From: Scyliorhinus canicula
Lineage: Eukaryota
DNA length: 64,000 nt
Assembly (NCBI RefSeq): GCF_902713615.1
Contig: NC_052151.1
Location: 89,921,304-89,985,303 of the forward strand
Direction: 5' to 3'
Shown: positions 51,451-64,000 of the stretch, piece after piece
Numbering within the stretch: position 1 is the stretch's first letter
How the letters are laid out: each line of letters opens with the position of its first letter
The notes under the pieces: generated by a model
Databases searched by the model: none
What the model was told of the DNA's origin: nothing
The model's input: the letters and a program-made list of their open reading frames with translations, nothing else
Made by a program: the position numbers and the translations under genes

Positions 51451-51740
51451 TAGCTGACCCTTCAACAGATAGAAAAATTTATGGCAAATTTATTACATTC
51501 TCCACTTTACCTTGTTCCTATTAATGACAAAGTACTTTAAGTGAAGATTTATAGGAAAGTAACACAGGGAAAACTGAGTCAAACAAAATGACTACTGATC
51601 ATAAATTTAAGTACAACATCACAAAGCTCTTTCAGACATCTGGTGCAGACATGTTGGACTGAATGGTTTTGTTCTGCACTGATATGATTCTATAATCTGT
51701 ATGTCTTTCCCTTATTTTAAGTGAATAATAGGATAATAAG

Positions 51741-51945
51741 GGGACAGCACGGTGGTGCAATGGGTTAGCCTTGATGCCTCACGGCACCGAGGCCCCAGGT
51801 TCGATCCTGGCTCTGGGTCACTGTCCGTGTTTGCTTGGGTTTCGCCCCAACAACCCAAAGATGTGCAGGGTAGGTGGATGGGCCACGCTAAATTGCACCT
51901 TAATTGGGAAAAAAATGAATTGGGTGCTCTAAATTTATTTTTAAA
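51741..51945 (+). mobile_element. HE1-type SINE
   Basis: TSD aataggataata. Confidence 0.88.
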
Positions 51946-52346
51946 AATAGGATAATATGAGCATGCATAAAACAAATTCAGATTTATGTAATTCTATCAA
52001 ATTACTACTACAATTGAGGCCAGCTTCAGTTTTTTTTATATGTTTAACATGAGCCTCTATTTTATTTGTTGTGTCAGTCACATTAAAAAAATACTTTCTT
52101 ACATCAATATTTTATTCTAAAAGAAATGTGTCCCAATACACTGGCCTTGTGAGTAAAATGGGTTGATTTATGATGGCTTGAAATGGCTTTCAGGTTTAGA
52201 ATTTATACAATAAGTAACAATTATTTTTCAGCAACTTGATCATGGCTTAATACATGTGGCCAATGAGGTAATTTTTATTCTGTGTGATAGTGTAAATTGG
52301 ATGACAATGGTTAGGCAGTTAGTTTTCCATCTCTCCCCTTTTCACT

Positions 52347-53430
52347 GGCCCAGATTTCAAGTTCAGTGATGAAGGAACCTTTCACTTTGATGACAACTTC
52401 TCATGGGTTTTGCAGATTTGAGTGGGAATTTGCTTCAAACTGGTGACTGATGCGACGTGACACCGCTGTAGGGGATTAATAACACCTTTGAGCAGAATAA
52501 GTAATTTAAAGGCTCTTCAACTAATTAATTTGCAGGATTTCCATTGAGACATGAAGGGTGGGATTTTCCAGCCCCACCCGCTGCCAGGATCTCCCATTCC
52601 CACCAGACGTCGATGGACTTTTGGTTGAGCTGCTGAATCTCCCGTGGCGGGTCCCACTATGACAAGGCCAGAAAATCCCAGCCAAAGAGTTTATCTACAA
52701 GGTTTAAAGCAGGAAATAAAAATCAGATGTAAGCCAAGTGCAGAAAGCAAAGTATATATTGGGGTTGACTGAGAGTAATAAAAGAGATCGACAGAAAAGG
52801 CTAAAAGTATATACTTTTTGAAATGTACGACATTAAAATTTCTTCTGAGGGCATGAGACAGCACACTTATAAATTCAACTTTTCTTGAACAGAGATTGCT
52901 CAGCAACAGCTATCACTTAATGAAGCTGTTTAAAATCTCAGTTACTCTGAATGTTGTGCCAGCCTTAACTCCTCAGTTCATTTTGTATGGAGCCAGTGGA
53001 CACCCCATGTTTATGTTTTTGCATTAATTTCAATGGCAAGCATATTGATAAAGACTGATGTAGTGCAGTCTATGGAGGAGCAGTGTATTTCTGCACATTT
53101 ATCTGCACAAATGAGGACATCAGAAGTTGCTGTGCAATTTACATGATTATAAAGATGAGAGCTGTTATCAAAACCATTATTCCATGCAACATGGTGGTGT
53201 AGTGGTTAGCACTGCGCTGAGGACCCGACCCTAGGTCACTGTCTGTGTGAAGTTTGCACATTCTACCTGTGTATGCATGGGTTTCACCCCACAACCCAAA
53301 GATGTGCAAGTTAGGTGGATTGGCCATGCTAAATTGCCCCTTAATTGGAAAAAAATAAATGTGCACTCTGAATTTAAAAAAAAAAAATTTTTTTAATCTT
53401 AAAGATTATTCTTATTGGAAAATCAGGCCT
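52347..53430. mobile_element. Harbinger-type element with nested short MITE (52556-52684) and HE1 (53190-53385)
   Basis: ggcccagatttc / gaaaatcaggcc termini; inner gggtgggattttcc / gaaaatcccagcc. Confidence 0.55.
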
Positions 53431-53511
53431 GTGATTTAAGTGGACATGAAGATTAGTCATGCTGCTAATTCATTACATCCGTTGTCCACAATCTCATAGC
53501 AGGCTGTTTTT

Positions 53512-54314
53512 TGGTTGCATTCTCTGCCCAAGATAAACTTGGCGTAGGCTCAAAATTCAGGGAGAATCGAAAAACGGAGTTCTCTCCGGCATGATTGGGT
53601 TTTGGAATTTTCACACCTCTCCCACCACCATCCCCTTCCGAGTGGAGTAGTACGAATTGTGTTGCAGGAGCCCAGGGACCTCATTTTAATATATTAGCAT
53701 GCCAGAGCAAGCATTAGCTCCAGAATCTCACCTTTCATAGAATATTCACCGGGCACCGGCATGACATCACGCTGTCATCATGTACATCATGTTTGGCCAG
53801 GCGTAAGGCAGTCGAAGGGAGCCGCCTGGGAGGCACAGAGTTAAATATAACCCTGGAAGGGGTGGGTGGAGGGATATGCCTGGCCAATGCCCGAACACTG
53901 CCCCAGTACAGGTTGGCAGTGCCAATCTGGCAGTGCCAACTTGTGCCAAAAGTAGTTCCAGCGGCTAACCCTAGTGGGAGCTCCATGGGGGGGGGGGGGG
54001 GGGGGGGGAGAGAGTGGCCATTGAGGGGGGGATGCCGGTGATGAATGTTATGGGGCAGAGAGCCCCAGGGAGCTCCGTGATGTGGCCTTGGGACTGTTAG
54101 ATTGCAATGGTGGTCGGGGCACCCTTTAAAGGTGGCAGCCCAATCTGTTTGGAGCTGGTTACCAACTCTAAGAGGTAGCACCCTGCCAGAGTGACAGCGT
54201 AAATCATGCCCACTCACATTAGTTTGGCAAGGTGGCTCAAAATATGACAAGAAATCCGCACTGTTTTTCATACCGGAACTGACTCTTTGCCATTTCTTTG
54301 GTAAGATTCCGCCC
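53512..54314. mobile_element. GC-rich Harbinger MITE
   Basis: Ends in gtaagattccgccc; poly-G tract. Confidence 0.55.
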
Positions 54315-54479
54315 ACAAAGTGAATTACCACCTATCTTGCAGGGGTTTAGAAATTAAATTTCAACATGTCACATGTCACTTCTGAAATTTCCTCTGAATA
54401 ATTTATTACTATTTGTTTCCTGTTGCTAGGGAATTTCAGTTTCTATGGGCTGTTTTTTTAAGGTTACAGTATAAGAATA

Positions 54480-54640
54480 TAAAGAACTTGCACTTGCACA
54501 CCATTCTTCATACCCTAAAGATGCCCCAAAGTGCTTTACAGCCAATGAGGTTCTTTTGATATGTAGTCACTTCTGCACCATGGGTAAAAAAGCAGCTAAC
54601 TTGCACTCAGCAAGCTCTCATGAACAGCAAATTAAAAAAT
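54480..54640 (-). mobile_element. DeuSINE (SacSINE1-like) 3' fragment
   Basis: Reverse match to the tail of 5057-5505 (ccaaagtgctttacagccaatga). Confidence 0.55.
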
Positions 54641-55099
54641 TACCAGCTAATCAACAGACGTCCTGATGTATTTTGACTGTGGAAGTTTAAAGAGCTTCAA
54701 AATATAATACAGGACTCCTCTGTTTCAGATTTGAACTTGGAAGAATTAATTAGCCTATTGTAAAGTATTTTTTAGTACAGGTGTTTCACAGTGGGCAGTC
54801 AGCGGCATGTGCAGTTGCATGGCTGCCTTGCAGGCTGCGGCAATGGTGTTTTATGCCCATCCATCCCGACCCCATAGCCCACCTCCTGGCCACCCCCTGT
54901 TACTCCCCCTAGCACTGGCAGAAGACACGGCCAGCGGCACAACTGTCAGAAAACTGTCAGAAAAATTTCCATACTCCCCTCTCACTCCCTTATTAGCCAC
55001 ATCACCTGTTTCACAAATATTAAAAGCACAAGTGAGGCTTGCTGTCGGGAGTTTGGCCCATTGCAGGCGGTCGCTGAGGCTCTGGAGAATGCTGGGTTT

Positions 55100-56105
55100 A
55101 TGGGCAGCACGGTGGTGTATGGGCGACACGGTAGCACAGTGGTAGCATTGTTGCTTCACAGTGCTAGGGACCCGGATTCGAATCTTGGCTTTGGCCACTG
55201 TCTGGGCGGAGTCTGCATGCGCTCCCTGTGTCTACGTGTGTTGACTCTGGGTTAGCTCTGGTTTCCTCCCACAAGTCCTGAAAGATGTGCTTGTTAAGTG
55301 AATTGGACATTCTGAATTCTCCCTTTGTGTACCCGAACAGACACGAAGGGTGGCATTCCCTCAGCCCGGGGCCGGAGAATCACTGTGACCGCCGTGAATC
55401 GCGGATCCCCGACGCTGGGACGCGGTTCTCTGCAGAGCAGAGATTCGCCACCATCGGCGTTGGCGTGGTCGGCGCGGCACCAGCCGGGAGCCGCTCTACG
55501 CCCCCCCCCCCCCCCCCCCAACCCCCCACCCCCCTCGGCGAATCTCGGACCGGGATGGACCGAGCAGCCGAAACAGAAAACCCGAGTCCCGCCGGCGCTG
55601 TTCTACCCTGGTCTTATCCGGCAGGACCTCGGCGTGGAAGGGTCCGGGAGCGGCCGGGGGAGGGAAGGGGGATTTGACCCCGGGGGGGCCTCCGCTGTGG
55701 CCTGGCCCACGATTGTGGTCCACCAATCGGCGGGCCGGCCTCTCGTGCTGGGGGGTCTCCTTTCTTCTGCGCCGGCCCCTGTAGCCCTACACCATGTTGC
55801 ATTTGGGCCGGCGCAGAGAAGGGAACCACTGCGCATGCGCATGTTGGTGCCGGTGCCACTGCGCATGCACGGACCCCACAGTGCACAGTTGAACCTGGGA
55901 TCGGCAGCTGGAGCAGCAAGGGTCGCTCCGGTGCCGTGCTGGCCCCCGTGTAGGGGCCAGAATTGCTGATCCTGGGGCCATGTTGACGCCGTCACACGTT
56001 CACAATGGCATCAACACTTAGCCTCAGGATCAGAGAATCCCGGCTGGAGTGTGGCGACTAGGGGCTTTTCACATTTGCGACAATAAAGATGATTATCATT
56101 ATTAA
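55100..56105 (+). mobile_element. HE1-variant SINE split by a Harbinger MITE (55348-56043)
   Basis: SINE head 55100-55347, tail gtgtggcgactagggg...acaataaagat after 56044; MITE ends gggtggcattc / gagaatcccggc. Confidence 0.75.
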
Positions 56106-56477
56106 TGATATGCCAATGGTATTTACTGTAAATGCATTCTGGAATGCATTGATGCCACTGTAAGGCAACGGAGAATTGCAATCTTGTGTGAAATAGGCGC
56201 CTGCCATTATTTCAGTGTCGGAACCGAGTCTCCGTCAAATCGCGTTTCACGATTCCGCCATCAGCCGATGGAGAACCCCACCCAAGATGTTTAAAGAGAA
56301 ATGTGTTGTTTTTGTCTCAGTCTCCAATTTAATTACTTACTCCTGCTATTCCTTTCACTTTTTTTTTTCAATATTTGTTTGTATTCTTTTGTCGTTTCCT
56401 CTGGTCCAAAAATTATTTTATGTTTATAATTTCCTTCTACAGTCCTTTTCTTATGTTCCCTCTGGTTATCTCTCCTT

Positions 56478-56705
56478 TTTAATATAAATTTAGAGTACCC
56501 AATTCTTTTTTTTTTCCAATTAAGAGGCAATTTTATGTGGTCAATCCACCTATCCTGCACATCTTTTTGGATTGTGGGGGTGAGACCCACGCAGACACGG
56601 GGAGAATGTGTAAACTCTACACGGACAGTGACTTGGGGCTGAGATCGAACCTGGACCCTGAGCGGCGTGAGGCAGCTGTGCTGACCACTGCGGCACCATG
56701 CTGAC
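56478..56705 (-). mobile_element. HE1-type SINE
   Basis: Reverse HE1. Confidence 0.85.
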
Positions 56706-56771
56706 CCTGATTATTTGGAAAAAAATTGATTTGGATACTTTTTAAAAATAAATTCAGAGTGAAAATAAATT

Positions 56772-56862
56772 CCTCCACCTGATGAAGGAGCTACGCTCCC
56801 AAAGCTAGTGGTTCCAAATAAACCTGTTGTACGTAAACCTGGTGTTGGAAGACTTTTTACTC
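56772..56862 (+). mobile_element. Penelope pseudo-LTR with degenerate hammerhead
   Basis: cacCTGATGAaggagctacgctccCAAAgctagtg. Confidence 0.75.
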
Positions 56863-57100
56863 AGCTAGATTGTGGCATGGCAGCATATTATCCAGGTCAC
56901 TATGCTCATTAACAAGCCTAATAGATCTTCAATTTTTTTATTTATAATCGTAGGCAGGCTGCTGATTTTGACATCCACTCGCCTTGTATATTATTTGGGT
57001 CAACTCAGCGATGTGTGAGAAGGTGGAGGGCAAGCCACCCAATCCATTGCCAAAAACATACCCAGTGGGGGACACATGAAATCCAGCCCAAAGTCTCTTC

Positions 57101-57484
57101 TGAAGTGTTGGCTAGTGTAGACTTGAGAGATGAACAGACACTTCCAACACTGATGAAGGTTCAACTCAATTTTATTAACTACTTCTAACTAACTAATACA
57201 TGATGACTGTGGGTCTAAATGATGCTAACTTAAACTAGAGACCTAAGCCTTGTCCGAACCAGTTGATTCTCTCAGCATGTGTTGTAAGTCTGTGCTGGGC
57301 TGGATGAGTTCTTGTTACACTCAGAGGCAGCACCCAGAATGAGCGGGAACCGTGGTGCCCTCTGCCTTTATAGTGTGTGTATTCTAACTGGTGATTGGCT
57401 GCGGTGTTTGTACATGTTGATTAGTCCCTGTGTGTGTCCATCAGTGTGTGTCTGCACCATGATATACTGGTGTATGTCATGACA
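57101..57484 (-). mobile_element. Solo LTR
   Basis: TG...CA termini with 5-bp TSD tcttc; TATA and AATAAA on the minus strand. Confidence 0.85.
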
Positions 57485-57549
57485 TCTTCTTCACATGGAG
57501 GTTACTCTCCATTGTGTTTTGTGGAACCCCTGTGTTAAATGGGAGAGAT

Positions 57550-57955
57550 TTTGAACAGATTTAACAACTTAAAACTTGGCATCCATGAGGTACTGCAATC
57601 AGCAGCAGCAGAAATGTATTTAACCACATTCTGTAACCTCATGGCCTGGCATATCCTTGACTCTACTCCCAGCATCAAGCTGGGAGATCACCCTGGTTCA
57701 ATGAAGAGTGTAGGAGTGCATGGCAGAAGCAACACGAGGCAAACCTAAAAATGAGTTGTCAAACTGGTGTTGCTACGACATAAAACTACTTGCATGGCCA
57801 AACTGTGGAAGAAGCATGTCAAGGCAGAGCTACGAAATCCCACAGTCAATGGATCAGATCTAAGCTCTACAGTCCTGCCACATCCAGTCATGAATGGTAA
57901 TGGAAAATTAAACAACTCACTGGAGGAAGAGGCTCCACAAATATCCCCATCCTAA
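57550..57955 (+). mobile_element. CR1-like LINE internal fragment
   Basis: KLGDHPGS / RSKLYSPATSSHEW-like remnant. Confidence 0.55.
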
Positions 57956-58394
57956 ATTATGGGGCAAATATGTGGACTCGGGCTGTCCACCTTTGGAGTG
58001 GGGTGCCCTGGCTGACATCCCTGTTGCTGCTATACAATCATTTAAACCCACCCCCTAGCTGCAGTTTACGTTCCTGGATATCGAGACTGCTAAATGCTCA
58101 TAGTATCTTGAGGGCTTCTGATCACGTGGCTCTCCACCCAACCCGTCTCTCTGGAAGCCGTCATACCCAGCAGTATTACTGAGGGAACGGGCATGGCCAT
58201 GGTCAATCGCTGGCCCACCACGTGCCAGGTGTTGGCACTCAGTGCACTCCTCAGGTGCCGCCCCACAGCAGAGGAAGCAGAACATTAGCAGAGCTCACCC
58301 CAAACAATGGACACATGCACCATTGTTGCAGGAACCCTCTCAGAGCGAAAATCTCACTAATCCCATCAGCTAGTCCATTCTTTTTTAAAAAGTT

Positions 58395-58612
58395 TTTATA
58401 AATTTAGAGTATCCAATTTTTTTTTTTCAATTAAGGGGCAATTTAGTATGTCCAATCCACCTAACCTGCACATCTTTGGGTTGTGGGAGCGAAACCCATG
58501 CAGACATGGGGAGAACGTGCTAACTCCACATGGACAGTGACCCAGGGCCGTGATCTGAACCCGGACCCTCAGAGCCGTAGTCCCAGTGTTATCCATTGCG
58601 CCACATGCAGCC
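58395..58612 (-). mobile_element. HE1-type SINE
   Basis: TSD gctagtccatt. Confidence 0.85.
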
Positions 58613-59235
58613 CCGCTAGTCCATTTCTGAGGATCACGAGATGACTCCAAGCCCTGCCTGTCCACCATGGCACTGATCCCATCCATCCTGCCCCCAGCCA
58701 GGAAACCTGACCAGCTCCCTGTTGCATCTATGTGTAAAACCCAGGCTCCACATAACACTGCAGCTAAGGTCCCAGCAAACACACACATACTTTGCTCATC
58801 TCCATCTGTAGGACCTGCGGGCACTCCATGGAGATAAATGGCTGCACAGTATGAATGTCTCCACGACCTCAACCATTTGCCACCCTCCTGATGTGAAGCA
58901 CAAGGCTCACCCAGTGAGGAGACCCACGGTAGACCTCACTGGGAGAAATCGAACAGGGGGGCAAAAAGCCTACTGCTACCATTGTTTGCGGCAGCCAACA
59001 GCAGGGATGTGTGGTGAGTATAGAAGCTTCCCAAATCACAGGGCCAGTTACTGATGGGGACATGGGTGCAGTGCAGTCTCCATCACCTCAGAGGGGTCGA
59101 AGGAAGGAGGGGGTGGGGAGGTAAGGGTGGTGCAGCAGCACAGTCAGGGTGACTATGTAACCTGGTAGCATTGGATGGCAAGGGAATCCTCATCTTGCTC
59201 TATCTCTATCCCTTCCCCCCTCCTCCCACAGATAC

Positions 59236-59832
59236 ATGGATTTCGGACTACAGCCAACAATAGGAAGGGTTTCCACTCCCTGAAAGTACAGTTGGTCTGT
59301 GGCCATCAGCTGCACATCATGCACGTCTGTGCCTGATATCCACACAGCGTGCACAATGCATATATCATGGCGCATTCGTCAGTTCCCGGCACTTTTGAGG
59401 CACTCCCCCGGGTGAGGATTTGGCTAGTGGGCGACAAAGGTCACCTGCTGAGATCTTGGCTAATGCCACCTGAGTAAAGGCCACAGAATGAGGTGAAGAA
59501 CCATTATAATGATTCCCATGCAGCAACGAAGAGCATCATGGAGCGGTGCATAGACGTTCTCAAATGATGCTTCCGATACTGGACTGCTTTGGTTGGGCAT
59601 TCCAATATAGCCCTCAGAGACTCTCAAACATCATGGTGGCCTGCTGTGTTCTTCATAACATACCGCAGCAGAGAGATGGCATGCAGGAAGAGGAAGAACA
59701 GTATGAGGGGTACAAGGATGATTTCCAGGAGCATCTGGGCGTGGACCTGATCTGCCAGAGCAGGCCCCCCAATGTGTGATCGAGGACCACTGTACACGGG
59801 ATAACATCATTAACGCCCGATATACCAACTAG
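59236..59832 (+). pseudogene. Degenerate, internally deleted Harbinger transposase
   Basis: MDFGLQPT joined to RKGFHSLKVQLVC...GDKGHLLRSWLM...IMVACCVLHN; contains stops and frameshifts. Confidence 0.85.
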
Positions 59833-60079
59833 GAGGCCAGGTCACATGCAGCTCTGCCACCCTGTTCCCCCCTCTTTCCCCCTACCCCAACTTCAATGCC
59901 CCCCCCCCACCCCACACAGATTCCACCTTCCCTTGAACCTCTCAGCCCTTCCCACACCCTTAGTCCTTCAAACCTTTCCCTCTCCCTCAGTCCTTCTTGC
60001 CACCTTCCCCCTAGGCTTCCACTCCTTCCCACTACCACAACTTCCCCTTCCCCCTCCGAGGGTCCTACCAGCATCGTCA

Positions 60080-62410
60080 CCACTGGGTGTTGGCCCTAGA
60101 TTGGTAGTATCAGCAGGTCTTGTCCACAGAACGGAGGAGGATGATGATGTGGCCATCAGCTGCACATCATGCACGTCTGCGCCTGATATCCATGCAGCGT
60201 GCACAATGCACATATCATGGCGCATCCGCTGTGAGATGAACTCTGCTGCTCCTCGTTGTCTGACAAAGTCTGACTCCTGTCCTTAAGATAACGTAACCCT
60301 GTCTGCCCAGATGGTCCCTGCATGTGATTCTTTTACACGGGCCAAAGAATGTTGGGGGGTTGCGGGGGATGTTGAACAGTTAGGGCTCACTCAAAGGGGA
60401 TGCTGTCATACAAGGTGAGCTCACACTGCTGCCCTATGCCCTGCCAGTTCGCGGTGAGGGTGTAATCATGTGGGATGTTCATGTGTCATGGGCATGGGCG
60501 GCATCACTTTCTTCTCCCTCAGGGTGCTCACTGGCCCCTGGGCTACTCCATGGATGGAGGGCAGACCGGAGTGAGCTCCGGAGGTGCCAATATCACCTGG
60601 CGCTGCTAGTTCTGGAGGCCTGCTTGGTCTGAACAATGGTCTCAATATCCTCAGCCATGGCGCACTGAGACGGGATCATGCCCCTCAGTGAGTGAGCCAT
60701 ATCCCTCACCTCTTCAGTCCTGTTACTCTGGGACTGTGTCATGTCCCTCTGTGACTGACCAATGCCAGTCAGTGCTCGGCCAATGCTCTCGATACCCTCA
60801 GCCATGACCTTTTATTTATTTATTTTCCAATTATATATAGAATCTCTACAATGCAGAAGGAGGCAATTTGGCCCAACAAAGCTGCACCGACCCTCTGAAA
60901 GAGCAGCCTAACCTCAGACCACTCCCCGCAGTATCCCCATAACCCCACCTAGCCTTAGGGTAAATTTTAACATGGCCAATCCATCTAACCAACACATCTT
61001 TGGACTGTGGAGGTAACCGGAGCACCTGGAGGAAACCCACACAGACATGGGGAGAAAGTGCAAACGCCACACAGTCACCCAAGGCCGGAATTGAACCCAG
61101 GTCGCTGGCGCTGTCAGCAGCAGTGCTAATCACTGTGCCACCGTGCCACGTATAAGGGGCAATTAAGGGGCAATTTAGAGTGGCCAATCCACCTACCCTG
61201 CACATCTATGAGTTGTGGGGACATGACCAGGGGCTGGTTTAGCATACTGGACTAAATCGCTGGCTTTTAAAGCAGACCAAGGCAGGCCAGTAGCACGTTC
61301 AATTCCTGTACTAGCTTCCCCGAGCAGGCGCCGGAATGTGGCGACTAGGGACTTCATTGAAGCCTACCCGTGACAATAAGAGGTTTTCATTTCATGAGGA
61401 GAATGTGCAAACTACACACGCACAGTGTCGCGGGGCCATGATCGAACCCGGCTCCTTGACATGATGAGGCAGTAGTGCTAACCGTGCCACCCCGCCATGA
61501 CTCTTTATGAATGGGCCAAGCTCGGGAGCACCACAGCAATGTCTATTTGCGCCCAGTAAATGTCTGCCTGTGACTGGGTTCTCCTGTCCTGCACCTCAGC
61601 CATGTACAGCAGTGTGCCCAAATCTTGGATGTCTTGGCACATGGCTCTGATGTCTTTCTCCAGGCCTTCCACTCCCACCGCCACTCTTTCAGTGTTGACC
61701 TGGGTGTCAAATATTGTCGGCACCATCTCCTTCGCCTGCAGGCAGCTGGTCCTTTCAGATGGACTTGCAGGTTCTGCAATGTTGCTGACATCCCCTCCTG
61801 TAGATTCTTGCACTGCTTCTGCATCTGCACCAGTGATGGGATTATCTTTTCCAAAAGCGCAACAACTGTCTGGGTAACAGCTGTTTCCTGGAAGCAGGCA
61901 GCCCTCTGACTGTCTTCACCCTTGAGTGTCCCAACCTCTACCTGATGTGCTGCAGCACGTGTGTGGCGACCCAGGAGCCTGTTTACTAACGTTACCCACC
62001 GAGGCAATAGTCTCTGCAATGGCGGATGGTGCAGATGAAAGCAGTGGCATGGTGTCAGTGCCTTGCCCAGAGTCGCCTCTGGGGTGTTCTGAGGATCTGG
62101 CTAGTGGGTAGTGACCCTGGATAGCCGGCCTCATTTGATGATGATGCTGCCAGACAAAAGACATGGGGTGAGATCTTGGAAAAGATTGGTCTGTGTGAGA
62201 GGTGTTACTCACTTGCTATCGGAACATCTGTGCTGCATTAGACTCTCACTTGCTTGGCTCGTGCTGAACTCCATCGCAGCAATTTCCTTCTACTTGGCCT
62301 CCCCCCTGAGTTGCAGGGCCCATTCCTCTGAGCAGGTGTGGATGGAATATCTGCAATGTCGTCTCCCAACTTCTGACGTTCTGGGTATTATGGACCGCTT
62401 TATCCTTGCG
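60080..62410 (-). pseudogene. Degenerate Harbinger Myb/SANT-like second gene, interrupted by SINEs at 60836-61495
   Basis: DKAVHN...EEWALQLRG exon (62250-62405), coiled-coil region, minus-strand donors (actcac). Confidence 0.65.
60836..61495 (-). mobile_element. Two HE1 SINEs, the second interrupted by a plus-strand SINE (61230-61395)
   Basis: HE1 bodies; inner gggctggtttagc head. Confidence 0.8.
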
Positions 62411-62469
62411 GGCACAGAAAGAACATAGTGAGATGCTGTGAGGCTCGTTTTAGGGGGTGCCCTATTCAT

Positions 62470-62690
62470 GTATTTGTCAAGACGCCCCGTAAACTTTACT
62501 ATCATATCTGCTTCCACACCTCCCCCAGCAGTTCCAGGCACCTACTACCCTCTGTGTAAAAAAGCTTCCCTCGCACATTTCTTCTAAACTTTGCCCCAGC
62601 ACCTTAAATCTATGTCCCCTAGCAATTGACCCCGCCACCCGAGGAAAAAGCTTCTGACTATCCACTCTGCCCATGCTGGGCATGTCCCTT
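62470..62690 (-). mobile_element. CR1 LINE 3' fragment
   Basis: RVDSQKLFPRV...ARGHRFKV...FFTQRVVGAWN. Confidence 0.8.
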
Positions 62691-62693
62691 TAC

Positions 62694-62727
<34 letters not shown>

Positions 62728-62823
62728 ACCCCTCCCCAAGGGCTATACTTACCTCTGCTTCCCCGGAGGGATCCCATCGATTGCCTCACACCTGGCTGGA
62801 CTTGGTGTAAATTACATCTGCGT

Positions 62824-63060
62824 GGGCAGCACGGTGGCACAGTGGCTAGCATTGCTGCCTCACGGCACCGAAATCCAAGGTTCGATCCCGGCTCTGGGTC
62901 ACTGTCCGTGCGGATTTTACACATTCTCCCCGTGTTTGCGTGGGCTTCGCCTCCACAACCCAAAGATGTGCAAAGTAGGTGGATTGGCCAGGCTAAATTG
63001 CCCCTTAATTGGAAAAAAATTAATTGGGTACTCTAAATTTATGGAAAAAAAAGAAAAAGA
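62824..63060 (+). mobile_element. Young HE1-type SINE
   Basis: TSD aaattacatctgcgtg. Confidence 0.9.
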
Positions 63061-63505
63061 AAAACAAATTACATCTGCGTGACGTCGCCCCACTGCGGGA
63101 TCAAGATTCCGTGAAGGGGGAAGGTCTGGAGAGAGTGCTCACTAATGGCATGCCAATGTTTTAAAATGAGGTTCCTGGGCTCCCATGGCACAATTCCCAC
63201 AAATTCACTAGAGAGAGGGGAAAGGAAAATTCCAAAGCCCATTCAGGCCGGAGAGAAACACGTTTTTCGCTTTTCTCCAGATTTTGAACCCGTGACGATT
63301 TTCTCACACACGGAGAGAGAGGGCTCAGAATCGTCCCCGAGATCAGTTTTGACATTCAGGCACACCACAGCAAGTAGCCTGTAAAACTCACTATCTAGCT
63401 TCACATGGACAAGTGACCACTTGGATGAGGTACTCGCGAGTTACCACTAATTTTTACAATATATTTAGTGACTTAAATGACAATAAAAAGACAATAAAAA
63501 TGACA

Positions 63506-63640
63506 GCTTTGACAAAGAGTCATCGGACTCGAAACGTTCGCTCTTTTCTCTCCCAACAGATGCAGCCAGACTTGCTGAGATTTTCCAGCATTTTCTCTTT
63601 TGTTTCAATGCCAGCATATGCAGTAATTTGCTTTTATTTT
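63506..63640 (+). mobile_element. Second Penelope-like family pseudo-LTR
   Basis: Hammerhead-like ttgacaaa-gagtc atcg gactc-GAAAcgtt followed by acagatgc.gccagac.tgctgag...ccagcattttct. Confidence 0.65.
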
Positions 63641-63697
63641 AGACATAAAAAGATCCTCAGCGACATTCTCTGTTCCTGAGACATAAGTGTTGATACT

Positions 63698-64000
63698 GGG
63701 GCAGGATTCGTGGAGTTCTACGACAGCAAACCAGGCGCCGCACCTGGACCAATTCAACGACCGTTGAGGGGCTAGCACATGAAATATAATCGATTCCAAT
63801 GAGAAACGGTGCAGGGTTCGCTGAATTCACGATTGACACTCAGGAGGCCGACAAGCTGAAGCTGCATATGCACACTTCACGCCCAAAACTCACCATCCCG
63901 GCCAACAAGATGGCAGTGAGGAGGGCGGTACCCCATTTTATGGGCACTGTACTTGAGACCCTGTTGGACGCCATGGAGGAGAGGCAGGAGACCCGGTACC
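63698..64000 (+). mobile_element. Start of a third Harbinger element with a Myb/SANT-like ORF from 63910
   Basis: ggggcaggattc terminus; MAVRRAVPHFMGTVLETLLDAMEERQE. Confidence 0.6.

Overview
Eukaryotic, repeat-dense vertebrate DNA. The HE1-type SINEs, CR1/L2/L1/Rex1 LINEs, Penelope pLTRs and poly-C Harbinger MITEs point to a cartilaginous fish, probably a Scyliorhinus catshark (inference). The only host gene I can support is the 3' end of a class I histone deacetylase, HDAC2-like, on the + strand. It has four coding exons (3809-3939, 5621-5773, 12646-12696, 13304-13326) and a 3' UTR. Nearly all ORFs in the six-frame track are spurious or are decayed transposon pieces. The rest of the window is nested mobile elements: three PIF/Harbinger two-gene elements and their MITEs, two Gypsy LTR elements, solo LTRs, L1/Tx1/CR1/L2/Rex1 LINE fragments, about 30 tRNA-derived SINEs, and Penelope pseudo-LTRs with hammerhead ribozymes. 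Three observations stand out. (1) A young Penelope insertion forms a perfect 85-bp hairpin whose 20-nt loop is copied from DNA 1 kb downstream. (2) About 0.65 kb of HDAC intron is duplicated in inverted orientation inside an L1 element 44 kb away. (3) The HDAC tail shows an apparent compensated frameshift and intron-phase change. I found no convincing new multi-gene system. Repeat boundaries are read by eye and are approximate unless target-site duplications (TSDs) are quoted.
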